Shown here: in pieces, positions 30,234 to 40,773 of the stretch
How the letters are laid out: each line of letters opens with the position of its first letter
How positions within the stretch are numbered: position 1 is the stretch's first letter
Origin: an uncultured Gemmatimonadales bacterium
GTDB taxonomy: Bacteria; Gemmatimonadota; Gemmatimonadetes; Longimicrobiales; Gaopeijiaceae
Direction of reading: 5' to 3'
Length of the DNA: 64,000 nucleotides
Assembly (NCBI GenBank): GCA_963809895.1
Contig: CAWELD010000003.1
Coordinates: 896,001-960,000 of the forward strand
Translations under genes and position numbers: made by a program
The notes under the pieces: generated by a model
Database searches by the model: none
What the model was told of the DNA's origin: nothing
Seen by the model: only the letters and a program-made list of their open reading frames with translations

Positions 30234-33102
30234 ATGACGCCGACCCGCAGCACTATCCAGCCTCTCAGGTCGGGCCGCGCGACCATCGGCCTGGTCCTGC
30301 TCGCACTCCCCCTGACCGGTCTGGTGGCCACCCCCAGAGACGTACGGTCCGGTCAGGGACTCCCTGACACACTGCGGGTCGCGGTCCTCACGTCCTGGCC
30401 ACCGCACTATCAGGTCGATGAGGAGGGGGATCCCACCGGCTTCGCGGTCGATGTGATGCAGGCGGTGGCGAGGCGGGCGTCCATGGCCGTCCGCTTCGTG
30501 CCCTTCGGCACCTTTCCCGAGGCCACCGATGCGCTGAGCCGTGGCGAGGTGGACGTGATCCCCGATTTCGGGATCACGGAAGCGCGCGCGGACGAATTCG
30601 CGTTCACGCGCCCCTTCGAGGCGTTCCGGGTCGTGGTCTTCGCCCGCTCCTCCGATCCCCGTCACCGCTCCCTGGCCGACCTCGCGGGAGCCAGAATCGG
30701 GACCGTGGAGAGCAATGTCGGTGTCGGCCTGGCCCGTGAGCACATCGATCGTGCCGATGTCGTCGTCCTGGCGAGCGTGGAAGAGGCACTCCTGACACTC
30801 CTCGCCGCGGACCTCGACGCCGTGGTGTATCCGGAGGAGGTCTTCAAAGCCGTCGCACGCGCGGCGCAGGTCGACGACCGCATCGTGGTCGTGTCTCCAG
30901 CACTGGCGGAGATTCCCCGGGGCATGGCAATCCGACCGGGCGATCCGGAGCTCGTCGCCGCGCTCGATGGGGCGCTTGAACGATCTGGTGGGGTCTCCTG
31001 AATACGGTGACATCTACCGGAGCTGGTTCTCTAGCGGCCCGTCGTTCTGGACGACGCGGCACTTGTTGTGGTTCGGTGGCGCCTTGCTCGCACTGACCCT
31101 CGTGGGCATGGCGGCGTGGCGCTACCGAAGTGTCACTCGCCTCGCGGATCAGCTGACTCGCACCTTGACGGAGCGCGATGCGGCGCAGGAGGCCAGCCAG
31201 CGTGAAGAACAGCGCTTCCGGACCGTGGTGGACACCATCAACGAGGGGATCGTCATATCCAGTACGGACAATCGCATCGTCTTCGTGAATCCGAGCCTCT
31301 GCCAGCTGGTCGGCGCCGAGGCGGAGGATCTCATGGGCGAAGATCTGTTCACCTACGTGGACGCTTCGTACCACGAGCGACTCCGAGAGGGAATCGCCCG
31401 CCGACAGGCGGGCCTGGCCGACGCCTACGAGTTGGGCATCCGGCGCACGGACGGCGCCGAGGTACGGGTGCTGATCTCGGTGGCCCCACTCCAGGAAGGG
31501 GAAGAGTTCCGCGGCTCCGTAGCCGTGTTGACCGATATCACGGAGCGCACGCGCATGGAAGCGGCGCTTCGAGAACGCGAGCTTCGGTTCCGGGCCTTCG
31601 TGGAGAACGCAACCGACCTGATCAGCACCCTCGATGCCGAGGGGCGAATGGGCTATCAGAGCCCTCCGGTCGCGCGCATGCTGGGCTACCGGCCCGAAGA
31701 GCTGGAGGGCTCGTCCGTCTTCGAGTACGTCCATCCCGACGACCTGGAATCCGCGAGAGAGGCCTGGGGCCGCACGCTGGACAGACCCGGCCGGCCTCAG
31801 CAGGTGGCAGCCTTCCGGTTTCGGCACCACGACGGCAGCTGGCGGGTCCTCACGGCGACGCTGACCAACCTCCTGCAGGACCCGGCGGTGGAGGCGATCC
31901 TCTCCAACGCCCAGGACGTTACCGATCGCTACAGTCTCGAGCGGCAGCTACAGCAGGCCCAACGCCTGGAGGCCGTGGGGCGGCTCGCCAGTGGGATCGC
32001 GCACGACTTCAACAATCTCCTGACCGTCATCCGTTCTCAGGCCGACCTGATCCTTCTCGATCTGGAGGAGGGCGATACGCTTGCGGGAGAGATGGAGCTG
32101 ATCCAATCCGCCGCCGACCGAGCGGCACAGCTCACGAGCCAACTCCTCTCGTTCAGCCGCGAGCAGGTGCTCCAGCCCGAGGTCGTGAGCCTGTGCGAGG
32201 TCGTGCGGGACACGGCGGCACTACTGGATCGCGTCATCGGCGAAGATGTGCGCGTGGTCATCGACGCTCCGGGGGATCTGCCGGCGGTCCGCGTGGACCC
32301 GGGGCAATTGGAGCAGGTCGTGCTGAACCTGGGGGTCAATGCCCGAGATGCGATGCCCGAGGGAGGGATCCTGAGGTTGTCGACCCGGAAGGAGGTGCTG
32401 GATCCGCAGACCGCCCGGAAGCTGGGCCTCGAGGATCTGGCGGCGGGAACGTACACCGTGCTGGAGGTCGCGGACACCGGCTCCGGGATGGACGAGGAGA
32501 CGCTGGCGCGTGCGTTCGAGCCGTTCTTCACGACGAAGCAACGCGGAAAGGGCACCGGATTGGGTCTCGCCATGGCGTACGGCTTCGTGAAGCAGAGCCG
32601 AGGAAGCATCCAGGTAGAGAGCCGGCCCGGCGTGGGCACGACCTTCATCCTCTGGTTCCCATCCGTCGCGGAAGAGCCCTCCCCTCGTTCGGCCCCGGCC
32701 CGCCCGACGGCGAGCAGGCACGCCGAGACGGGAACGCTCTTGCTCGTGGAGGACGACGACAGCGTGCGCAGAGCGATCGAACGAACCTTGTCTCGGGCGG
32801 GATTCGATGTGCTCGCGGTACCCAACGCCGAGGCCGCGCGAGGGATTCTCGACCAACGCGAGGACCTCTTCCTTCTTCTGACGGATCTCGTGCTCCCCGG
32901 TGGCAGCGGGTGGACGCTCGTGGACCATGCCAGGAAGACGCGCCCGGACCTGCCCGTCATGGTCATGTCGGGCTACGCCGAGGTGACCCCCGGCGACTCC
33001 CGAGATCTGCCGGCAGACATCCCGTTCATCCAGAAACCGTTCGCGATGGATCGCCTGGTCGAGGCGGTGCGCGGACTCCTCGTCGTTCCGCCGACCGGCT
33101 AG
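30234..33102 (+). CDS. Substrate-binding-domain PAS-PAS hybrid histidine kinase (frameshift near 30970)
   Basis: PBPb domain, TM helix, two PAS domains, GIAHDFNNLL, EPFFTTK, GTGLGL and REC. Confidence 0.85.
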
Positions 33103-36100
33103 TGGATCCCGGCCGCCGTGCTGGGCTCGGGCTCCCACCACATCAGGGGCGGAAGCTCCCGCTGACGGGGCCACACCTCGTTCAGGGTGTCCCCCTCGTA
33201 GAGCCGGCCGTTCTTCATGACGAAGTGCACGGTATTGGTGTTGTGGATGTCGTCCAGGGGATTCGCGTCCAGGACCACCAGGTCCGCCAGCTTGCCTGCC
33301 TCGAGCGAGCCCAGGTCCTGCTCCATACCGATGGCCCAGGCGCCTGAGAGCGTCGCGCTGCGGAGCACCTCCATGGGCGTCATTCCCCCCGTGGCCATCA
33401 TCCACATCTCCCAGTGCATGCCCAGCCCCTGGAGCTGGCCGTGGCTCCCGGTGCCGACGCGGCCCCCGGCGTCCACCACGTCCTTGGCGAACTTCGCGTG
33501 CAGCGGGAAGACGTACTCGTCGTCCATGAACCAGCCGCCGGGCCCGGGCGAGCCGCCGCTGCCGGTGCCGCGCCGGCGCGCCTTGGCATCGATGTCCTGA
33601 TGCGGCGTGAAGCGGCGCAGCTTGGCGTCGCCGTGCACGTCGGTGTTGGTGTAGAAGTAGTTCTCCCCGAAGGGTCCCCCGTAGGAGACGATGAGGGTGG
33701 GGGAGTTCACGGTCTGGGAGCGCGCCAGCAGCTCCACGGCGTCCTTGTACTTGGGCTCCACGGGCAGGGCGTGCTCGACGCCGGCGTAGCCGTCCAGGAT
33801 GTGGGTCATGTCGAGCTTGTAGTCCAACCCGCCCTCGGTGGTGGGCGAGAGCTCCAGCTCGTGGGCGGCCATGATCACCCACTGCCGCTGCTCACGGTTG
33901 CCCGTCATGTACATCTTGAGCGTCTTGGTGTCGTAGTGCTTGGCGTAGCGCTCCAGGACGTGTCGGGCATCGTCCAGGCTCGAGATCATCTCGCTGGAGA
34001 AGACGCCGGGGCCGGTGGAGTAGATGCGCGGGCCCACGATCTCGCCGCTCTCCACCTTGTCCTCGTAGGTGAGGACGTCGGTGGTCGAGGTCTGGGGATC
34101 CCGGGTCGTGGTGGTGCCGTAGGCGAGGGTGGCCAGGTACTGCCACACCGCCGAGCTGTGGATCTCCGGGATCAGCCACTGGGGATGGTAGTGGGTGTCC
34201 ACGAACCCGGGCACGATGGTCTTGCCGCTGACGTCGATCTCGCGAGCTCCCTCGGGGATGTCCACCGAGCCCCGGGCGCCCACGGCGGCGATGCGGTCGT
34301 CACGAATGACGATGTCGCCGTTGTCGATGACCTGGTCGCCGTTCATGGTGATGATGCGGGCGCCACGCAACACGGCCACCCCCGAGGGGATGTCGCGGGA
34401 CACCGAGATGGCGACGTCGTGGGATTCGCCCTCGAAGCGGGGTGGTTTGCCGGCTTCGTCCTCGTCCTCGCGGGCGGCAGAGACGCTGTCGTCGAAGGCC
34501 TGGGCACGATCCAGATCGTAGACGGTGTGCGTGTTGCCGATGGACCAGTGGGCGGTGCGGCCGTCGGCGCTCCAGGCCGGGAACTCGCCGCCCACCACCG
34601 AGAGCTGCCGGGCGGGAAAGGCGGCCTTGGTCGGATCGGCCAGGGAGATGGTGAGGGTGTCGCCCCCCATCATGGGCACGGTGATGGCGTAGAGCTCGTG
34701 GTCCAGCAGCACCAGCGCCTGATCCCCCTGAGGCGCCATCAGCACCTGATCGGCGCGCATGGGCTGGCGGCTACCGGGCACCGTCTTGCCCGTCACCTTC
34801 ACGATGCTACGCTCGTCGGTGCCGTCCCAGCGGAACGAGACCAGCCCGTCCTGGCCCGAGTAGGCGTAGATGCGGTCCGGATCCTGGGTGAAGTGGGGAT
34901 GCTCGCGTCCGGCGGCCGGCGCGATCACCTGCATGGCGCCCCCCGCGGCGGGCACCCACACGAACTCGGCGCCCGTCCCGCCCCCGAAGGATCCCAGCGC
35001 CTCGTGGAGCTGCCGCGCCGCCACCCGCACCGCGACGATGCGCCGGCCGTCCGGCGACCACGCGGGCTCGCGGTAGAGCGCGCCTTCCGGGGTGAGCCGC
35101 GTGGGGGCGCCGCTGCCGTTGGACGCCACCTTCCACAGGTAGCCGGCATCCTGATCTTCCCACGACACGAAGGCGATCTGACGACCGTCGGGCGACCAGG
35201 TCGGCTGGGCCTCGATGATGCCGTCGCCCGTGTCGGTCAAGCGCTGGGGTGTGCCGTCCGGGTAGTCCATGACGTAGAGCTTGTCCATGGCCGCGAAGGC
35301 CATGCGGCTGCCGTCGGGTGAGGGGACGGCGTCACGGATCTGGTGGGCCGTGAAGGTGGGCTCGGTGTCGACCCGGTACTCGAAGCGGGACAGCGGCCCC
35401 AACTCCACCGACACGTCGGCGCTGAAGGGGATCCTGGACGGGGCGCTCCCGTCTACCGGAATCTTCCAGATCTCACCGCCGTACGAGGCCACCACGCTCT
35501 GGCCGTCGGGGGTGAAGCTCATGCCCGGGAGCACGTCCATGGTGGACACCGACGCCTCCTGCTCGTCGCGCTGCACCGGATACGCCAGCCAACGCTCAGC
35601 GCCCGTCTCCTGGTTTCGGAGCAGCAGGCCCGTCTTCGTGTCCAGACGCGTGCCGTAGACCATCCACCGCCCGTCGGGCGAGAGGGTCGGCCGGAAGCCC
35701 GAGCCCACGCGGTTGCTCATGACCGTGCGCTTGCCGGTGCGCCGGTCGTACACCGCGAGCTGGTACTGCGGGAGAATGGCGTTGTACTGCCAGTTCCCCT
35801 GGCGCTCGGCGAACCAGATGTAGCGGGGATCGTCGCCGAAGGCCGCGCCCAGCGTCTTCAGGTTCTGGGGCTCCTTGATGAGCTGGGCCCCGCCGCCCCC
35901 GTCCCTGTGGAAGAGCCAGAGCTGCTCCACCCCGGTGCCCTTGGACACCACGATGTACTCGCCGTCGGGCGTCCACTCCGGCGAGATGTACTGGAAGTTC
36001 TTGCCCGTGGTCACCTGGGTCGTGTCGCTACCGTCCAACGCCATCGTCCACACGTTGTTGCCGCCGTCCCGGTCCGAGACGAACACCACCGAACGGCCGT

Positions 36101-36428
36101 CCGGACTGAAGCGCGGCTGCGCGTCGTACGCCATCCCCTCGGTCAACCGGGTCGCCGTGCCGCCGGCCATGGGCAGCGTGTAGAGGTCGCCCAGCAGGTC
36201 GAACACCAGCATCGAGCCGTCGGGCGACACGTCCAGCGACATCCACGTGCCCTGGTCCGTCTCGAACGAGATGGTCCGCCCCGGCGTCAGCGGCAGCCCC
36301 TTCCTGGCCTTGGTGCTGTCGTTGTTCGAAGGAGTGTCCTGAAGTGGTGCGGCGACGGCCCGGCAGGGAGCCAGGGCGAGCCCGAGGACGAAGGCCAGCG
36401 AAAGGGCGTGACGTACGGTGGTGCGCAT
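33099..36428 (-). CDS. Secreted amidohydrolase with PD40/TolB-like repeats
   Basis: Signal peptide, repeated SPDG motifs, PGFVDTHYH and GSLEAGKLADLVVLDANPL. Confidence 0.9.
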   Translation of the reverse strand: MRTTVRHALSLAFVLGLALAPCRAVAAPLQDTPSNNDSTKARKGLPLTPGRTISFETDQGTWMSLDVSPDGSMLVFDLLGDLYTLPMAGGTATRLTEGMAYDAQPRFSPDGRSVVFVSDRDGGNNVWTMALDGSDTTQVTTGKNFQYISPEWTPDGEYIVVSKGTGVEQLWLFHRDGGGGAQLIKEPQNLKTLGAAFGDDPRYIWFAERQGNWQYNAILPQYQLAVYDRRTGKRTVMSNRVGSGFRPTLSPDGRWMVYGTRLDTKTGLLLRNQETGAERWLAYPVQRDEQEASVSTMDVLPGMSFTPDGQSVVASYGGEIWKIPVDGSAPSRIPFSADVSVELGPLSRFEYRVDTEPTFTAHQIRDAVPSPDGSRMAFAAMDKLYVMDYPDGTPQRLTDTGDGIIEAQPTWSPDGRQIAFVSWEDQDAGYLWKVASNGSGAPTRLTPEGALYREPAWSPDGRRIVAVRVAARQLHEALGSFGGGTGAEFVWVPAAGGAMQVIAPAAGREHPHFTQDPDRIYAYSGQDGLVSFRWDGTDERSIVKVTGKTVPGSRQPMRADQVLMAPQGDQALVLLDHELYAITVPMMGGDTLTISLADPTKAAFPARQLSVVGGEFPAWSADGRTAHWSIGNTHTVYDLDRAQAFDDSVSAAREDEDEAGKPPRFEGESHDVAISVSRDIPSGVAVLRGARIITMNGDQVIDNGDIVIRDDRIAAVGARGSVDIPEGAREIDVSGKTIVPGFVDTHYHPQWLIPEIHSSAVWQYLATLAYGTTTTRDPQTSTTDVLTYEDKVESGEIVGPRIYSTGPGVFSSEMISSLDDARHVLERYAKHYDTKTLKMYMTGNREQRQWVIMAAHELELSPTTEGGLDYKLDMTHILDGYAGVEHALPVEPKYKDAVELLARSQTVNSPTLIVSYGGPFGENYFYTNTDVHGDAKLRRFTPHQDIDAKARRRGTGSGGSPGPGGWFMDDEYVFPLHAKFAKDVVDAGGRVGTGSHGQLQGLGMHWEMWMMATGGMTPMEVLRSATLSGAWAIGMEQDLGSLEAGKLADLVVLDANPLDDIHNTNTVHFVMKNGRLYEGDTLNEVWPRQRELPPLMWWEPEPSTAAGIH

Positions 36429-36671
36429 GGAGGGTCTCCCGAGAGGGTCAAGACATTGAACATCGGGGGGATGGCGGGCGGGAGGCAAACGGGCGGTCGC
36501 CGGGGTGGGTTGCGGGTTTGTTGTGGGGGGGGGTACTCTTGGAGGAGCACCTTACCCGTGACGGCCTTCGCCGTCGTCTGGGCGCGCCCTCGGACCGGGG
36601 CGCGGGCTCAATTGGACGTTGGGGCGCCTCGCCAGACCTCCCGAGATGTAGGGCGGGGCCGAGGAGGAAGT

Positions 36672-37451
36672 GTGATTCTGGTCCTCGCTCCCTGGGGAGT
36701 GAATCGGAGGATGCTCGACGGTGTACGCTGCGAGTTCGTGTTGGACCGTTCAGCGTTTGCCGCCCGCCTTCCGGCCGCGGACGCGGGGGTGATCATGTGC
36801 GATGAGGAGGCGGGTGCGGACATCGATGATTGGTTGCCTCGCCTCCGCGCCCATGCTCCTCTCACGCCGATCCTTTGTGTGGCGCCCCTTACCCATACCG
36901 TGGCGCGAGCTCTTGCTCGGTCGGGCATCGTTGAGGTCGTGTGGGAATCTGAGCCGCCGAGCACTCTCGCCCAACGACTCGCGGCTCTCGAGGCGGTGGG
37001 TCCCGAGCGACTGCTGAGGCGGCTCGGAGCCGGTGTGGAGCAGGCGCATCCGATCGTTCGGAAGGCCATACGGGAAATGTGCGACCTCGGCCGGCCGGTC
37101 GTGACATCCGTCAGACATCTCTGCGAGAATATCGCCGTTCCTGAGAGCACGTTCCGGGAGACATGGAGCCAGGAGCTACCGGGGTGCGCCCCAAGCCTCA
37201 TGGTTCGTTGGATCGTCCTCCTCCGCGCTCTCTCACTTCTGCCGGAGCACGGCAGCGCTCTTGCCGTGGCCACCCTCGTCGGCGTCCACGAGTCGACGCT
37301 CAACCGAAACGCGAAGCTGCTCGGTGGAGAAACCTTCCTCTCGCACCTCGACCCTCAGGTCGTCCGTCGGACGTTACGGAGGTTCTCCACCTTCGTCACC
37401 GAGGTCTTCCCAGAGGGCCCGGGCCCGGGTTGGAGAGAGAGAAAGTGGTGA
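36672..37451 (+). CDS. Putative transcriptional regulator (degenerate receiver-like N-terminus, AraC-like double HTH)
   Basis: SD GAGGAGG then GTG. Two HTH-like segments: SVRHLCENIAVPESTF and VATLVGVHESTLNR. Confidence 0.5.
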   Translation: MILVLAPWGVNRRMLDGVRCEFVLDRSAFAARLPAADAGVIMCDEEAGADIDDWLPRLRAHAPLTPILCVAPLTHTVARALARSGIVEVVWESEPPSTLAQRLAALEAVGPERLLRRLGAGVEQAHPIVRKAIREMCDLGRPVVTSVRHLCENIAVPESTFRETWSQELPGCAPSLMVRWIVLLRALSLLPEHGSALAVATLVGVHESTLNRNAKLLGGETFLSHLDPQVVRRTLRRFSTFVTEVFPEGPGPGWRERKW

Positions 37452-37605
37452 AATCGCCTGAATCTGGCGGAATCGCGATAGCGTACCGGCCCTGGAAGTC
37501 GTTTCATGAGAGAGAGACGAGCGTTCCTGATTCCCAGGCTCATTCGGCGACGAGCGAGCCCTGAGGGACGGGGGCTGACCAGGCGTATCGGCGCAAGGAG
37601 TTGGG

Positions 37606-38450
37606 ATGCGGACGTGGATTGTGGCTGCCCTCGTGGCCGGTCGGATGCGGCCCGGTGTCACTCGGACCCATTCAGCCTGACGCTCCTCTCATCCACGCCC
37701 GCGCCGCTGGCCCTTCCGCCTCTCCGCCTCGACTGGTGGGCTGATTCGACGTTCGTCGCCGTCACCCAGGACACACGCGAAGCCGTGACGATCGTCGGGA
37801 ATGTCTTGGGCCCGCGAATCAGTGGCTTGGCCGTCCTCCAGGACGCCACGGCCGGGTCGGGTGGAATTCTGATGGCTACCGAGCGGGATGTGCTCGTGGC
37901 ATTCAGATCCACCGGGTCCTTCAACGAGCCGCAACTCGTGCTGTCGAGCGCTGAGTGGATCAACGGCGTGGCGGCAGCGCGCGACGGACGGCTTTGGGTG
38001 GAGTCGAAGACCGGAGACTCCCTCCACGTTCGACAATACTCGCTACAAGGGCGAGCGGCGTCCCTGGATGGCGAGTGGGTCGTCGGTTCGGGTTCAATGA
38101 CCGTGCCCTTCGCTGAGGGGGCAGTTGGGATTCGTCGGCGATCACCCTTCGGGATGGCACGGCTGGAGGATGGTGGGGCGACACGCGTGCCAATCGAGAT
38201 GGCCGTGGACAGCACCTACGTCCTCGCCGCAGCGGTCCCGGTGGGCTGCGGAAGGATCCTGGCGACCTTCGTGGACCTCGCCTCCACGGCTCGAGCGATA
38301 CGGATTCTGGCGCCCGAAGACGGCGCTGTCCTCCGGTCGGCCGAACTCGATGAGACGATGAGCTTCTTCGCGGCGGATACCCTCTCACGGAGGGTGTTCG
38401 CGTTCAGGGGTCTGGCCCGGGGGGGAGAGATCCTGACGTATCGGTACTGA
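37606..38450 (+). CDS. Hypothetical exported beta-rich protein (start uncertain, possibly frameshifted)
   Basis: AAGGAG then ATG at 37606 gives signal-like MRTWIVAALVA, in a different frame from the long ORF 37506-38450. Confidence 0.45.
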
Positions 38451-38501
38451 GGTGGCACGTCGGTCGCCTCAGAGATAGAGTCTCACAGATGGAGGAGAAC
38501 C

Positions 38502-38927
38502 ATGCGGATCTCGACAATCCTGGGAAGCATCTTGGTCGCGCTGTTGCTGGTGGCAGCCCCGAAGAGGGCTTCCGCGCAGGGAGAGGTGACTTACTACTGC
38601 ATGGGATGCTACAACATCAGCGGCACAAACGACCAAGGCTGCACCAACGAAGACCCGCCCACCGGAATCCACGAACAGTGTATCCTACAGAACTACCAGG
38701 GCTCGGTGGTTTGTAGTTGGGAGGGCCCCAGCACGCTCTGCCCCGAGTACGCCTTTGCCACCTTTGATGATGGGAAGAACCTATCGGCGGCAGGTACATT
38801 CGTTCCGCTCGTCAACCGGCTTGCCGTAGACGGTGACATCGTTAGGAACATGTGCACAGGATTCGTGGTGCGGCCCGCCAAGGTGGACAAAGGACCACCA
38901 ACCCGTATCAGGTTCGATATTCCATAA
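38502..38927 (+). CDS. Small secreted cysteine-rich protein
   Basis: SD GGAGGAG, signal peptide ending ASA-Q and 7 Cys. A homologous remnant lies at 40473. Confidence 0.8.
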   Translation: MRISTILGSILVALLLVAAPKRASAQGEVTYYCMGCYNISGTNDQGCTNEDPPTGIHEQCILQNYQGSVVCSWEGPSTLCPEYAFATFDDGKNLSAAGTFVPLVNRLAVDGDIVRNMCTGFVVRPAKVDKGPPTRIRFDIP

Positions 38928-39001
38928 GATTGTCTCCCCCCGGGCCACACCGGCGGAGCCGCCGTGGAGCCTCCCAACTTGGTCTCGACATCAAGGAAGC
39001 C

Positions 39002-40102
39002 ATGTGCGACGGTACACGCATCACGCACCGGAGTCTCACACTTCTACTACTCCTTCCCGCGACCCTTCTCGGGCAAACTCGGGCGCCAAGACTCGTCTGG
39101 GAGATCGGAGCCGTTTCCGGGGCCCGACACGAGACGTGGGGGCGGGTCATTTCCGCTGCTGTGAACGGAGCGTGGGTGGCAGCGTATGACATTGACGCGT
39201 CTCGCGTAACCGTGATCGGAAGCGACGGTGAGTACCTTCGCTCGATTGGGCGGCCGGGGCAGGGTCCGGGAGACCTCAGCGGCCATGTGTCTCTAAGCCT
39301 CAAGGGGGATACCCTGATCGCCGTCCAGGGGGAGCAGGATCGCGTGAGTGAATTCCTGCTGTCCTCCGGTGCCTTCTTGGGGTCGCAGCGCATTGAGACG
39401 GAAGGCAGGCTGGGAGTGCGCGCTTCGCGAAAAGTCGGCGATACCCGCTACTACCTTACTCGTCCGATTGGCGCCGGCGACCTTGTGGCGCGTCTGTACC
39501 GAATTCGGGACGGGGAGGCACGACCGGATACCTTTCTCACGGTTAGGAGCCTCTACCTCACATTTCGGTCCAAGCGACAACGGAACATCGAGATGTTGGT
39601 TCCGATGGCCCAAACGGGGCCCGCCGGAGTGGTCCGATTCCTCGGCGACTCGTCCGTCGTGATCGTGGATGGCCTAGGGGGTACGCTAACCGTCGCCCGA
39701 CTCGCAGAATCGGACCTCGACACGATCTCCCAGATAGAGCTTCCGGAGAAGGGAGGTCCGACGACGGAGGACGACGAGCGCCAGTTGCGCGACTACGTGG
39801 AACAGTGGCATGAGACCATGCATTGGGACGAGCTCTACGTGCCGGCAGTCACCTCAGCCTGGGTTGCCATGGTCTTGGACGGTGATTCTGCCGTGTGGGT
39901 CAAGCGGTATGGGCTACTCGATGACGTCCCTGAAACCTGGATCCGGATGCGCTTTGACCAGCCGGGCGTGTTCCAGCGCTTTACCTTTCCAGCCGGGGTG
40001 GCCGTGATGAACGTGCACGCCAACCAAGTGGTCGCGGTGCGAAAGGGCGAGTACGATGAGGACTACCTGCAGCTCTATCAGGTGGAGCCCTGGGGCCGGT
40101 GA
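39002..40102 (+). CDS. 6-bladed beta-propeller protein, paralog 1
   Basis: Signal-like N-terminus, SIGRPGQGPGDL and C-terminal KGEYDEDYLQLY. Confidence 0.8.
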   Translation: MCDGTRITHRSLTLLLLLPATLLGQTRAPRLVWEIGAVSGARHETWGRVISAAVNGAWVAAYDIDASRVTVIGSDGEYLRSIGRPGQGPGDLSGHVSLSLKGDTLIAVQGEQDRVSEFLLSSGAFLGSQRIETEGRLGVRASRKVGDTRYYLTRPIGAGDLVARLYRIRDGEARPDTFLTVRSLYLTFRSKRQRNIEMLVPMAQTGPAGVVRFLGDSSVVIVDGLGGTLTVARLAESDLDTISQIELPEKGGPTTEDDERQLRDYVEQWHETMHWDELYVPAVTSAWVAMVLDGDSAVWVKRYGLLDDVPETWIRMRFDQPGVFQRFTFPAGVAVMNVHANQVVAVRKGEYDEDYLQLYQVEPWGR

Positions 40103-40474
40103 AGCTCCTCACCGTCATGGCCCTCATCCAGGGATTGGCGAGCGCACCCGCCGCTGTCCATTCGACAACCTCAGTCGCAGATGCCGTGGCTCGAGTCATC
40201 GGCGATTTTCATCGAGTCGAGCTAGGGCAATTCGCGGCGACGGTTCCGGGCGATAGCCTGAAGTCTTGGAGGACGCGCCTCGGCTCGGATGGACCTCTGC
40301 ATGACGCGGACTCGGCGACCCTGCGCTGGGTACTCGACGCTGCCTTGGTTCGTGCCGAATGTGAGGCCGGGCTAGGAGCCGCGACGTGTGATGCCGCCCG
40401 AATTCTCGAGGCCACCGGTCTTGAGATGAAGTCTCCGGAGTTGCGGGCCATCGCGGCTGCCATGCTGGACGCGT
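40070..40474 (+). repeat. Near-identical ~405-bp direct repeat, copy 1
   Basis: Matches 41842-42246 (offset 1772) with few substitutions. Confidence 0.92.
40099..40474 (+). pseudogene. 3'-truncated duplicate of the DUF885-like gene
   Basis: First ~125 codons nearly identical to the gene at 41871; broken after ..MLDA. Confidence 0.85.
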
Positions 40475-40717
40475 CAACGTTGACGGTACAATATTCTGCC
40501 AACAGTCCGGGACTGGCAGCATCTGCCCGGAGTTCTCCTTCGCTTCACTGGATGATGGTAAGAACGTGACGGCGGCAGGTACCTTCGTCCCCCTCGTCCA
40601 CCGGCTCTTCCTTGATGAGGATCTAGCCTAGTCAGAAACAACTGTACCGGGTTTGTGGTGGCATCAACCAAGGCCGACGACGGACCTCCGCTCCGAATCA
40701 CCTTCGATAACCGTTAG
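40473..40717 (+). pseudogene. 5'-truncated, frameshifted paralog of the Cys-rich secreted protein
   Basis: Manual translation ..FCQQSGTGSICPEFSFASLDDGKNVTAAGTFVPLVHRLFLDEDL/VRNNCTGFVVASTKADDGPPLRITFDNR aligns with the 38502 protein; 5-bp insertion at ~40627. Confidence 0.88.
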
Positions 40718-40773
40718 GACCTCCCCCCGGGCCGCATCTCTTGGATGCCAGCTCTTTCGCCTTGAGGGCACAC

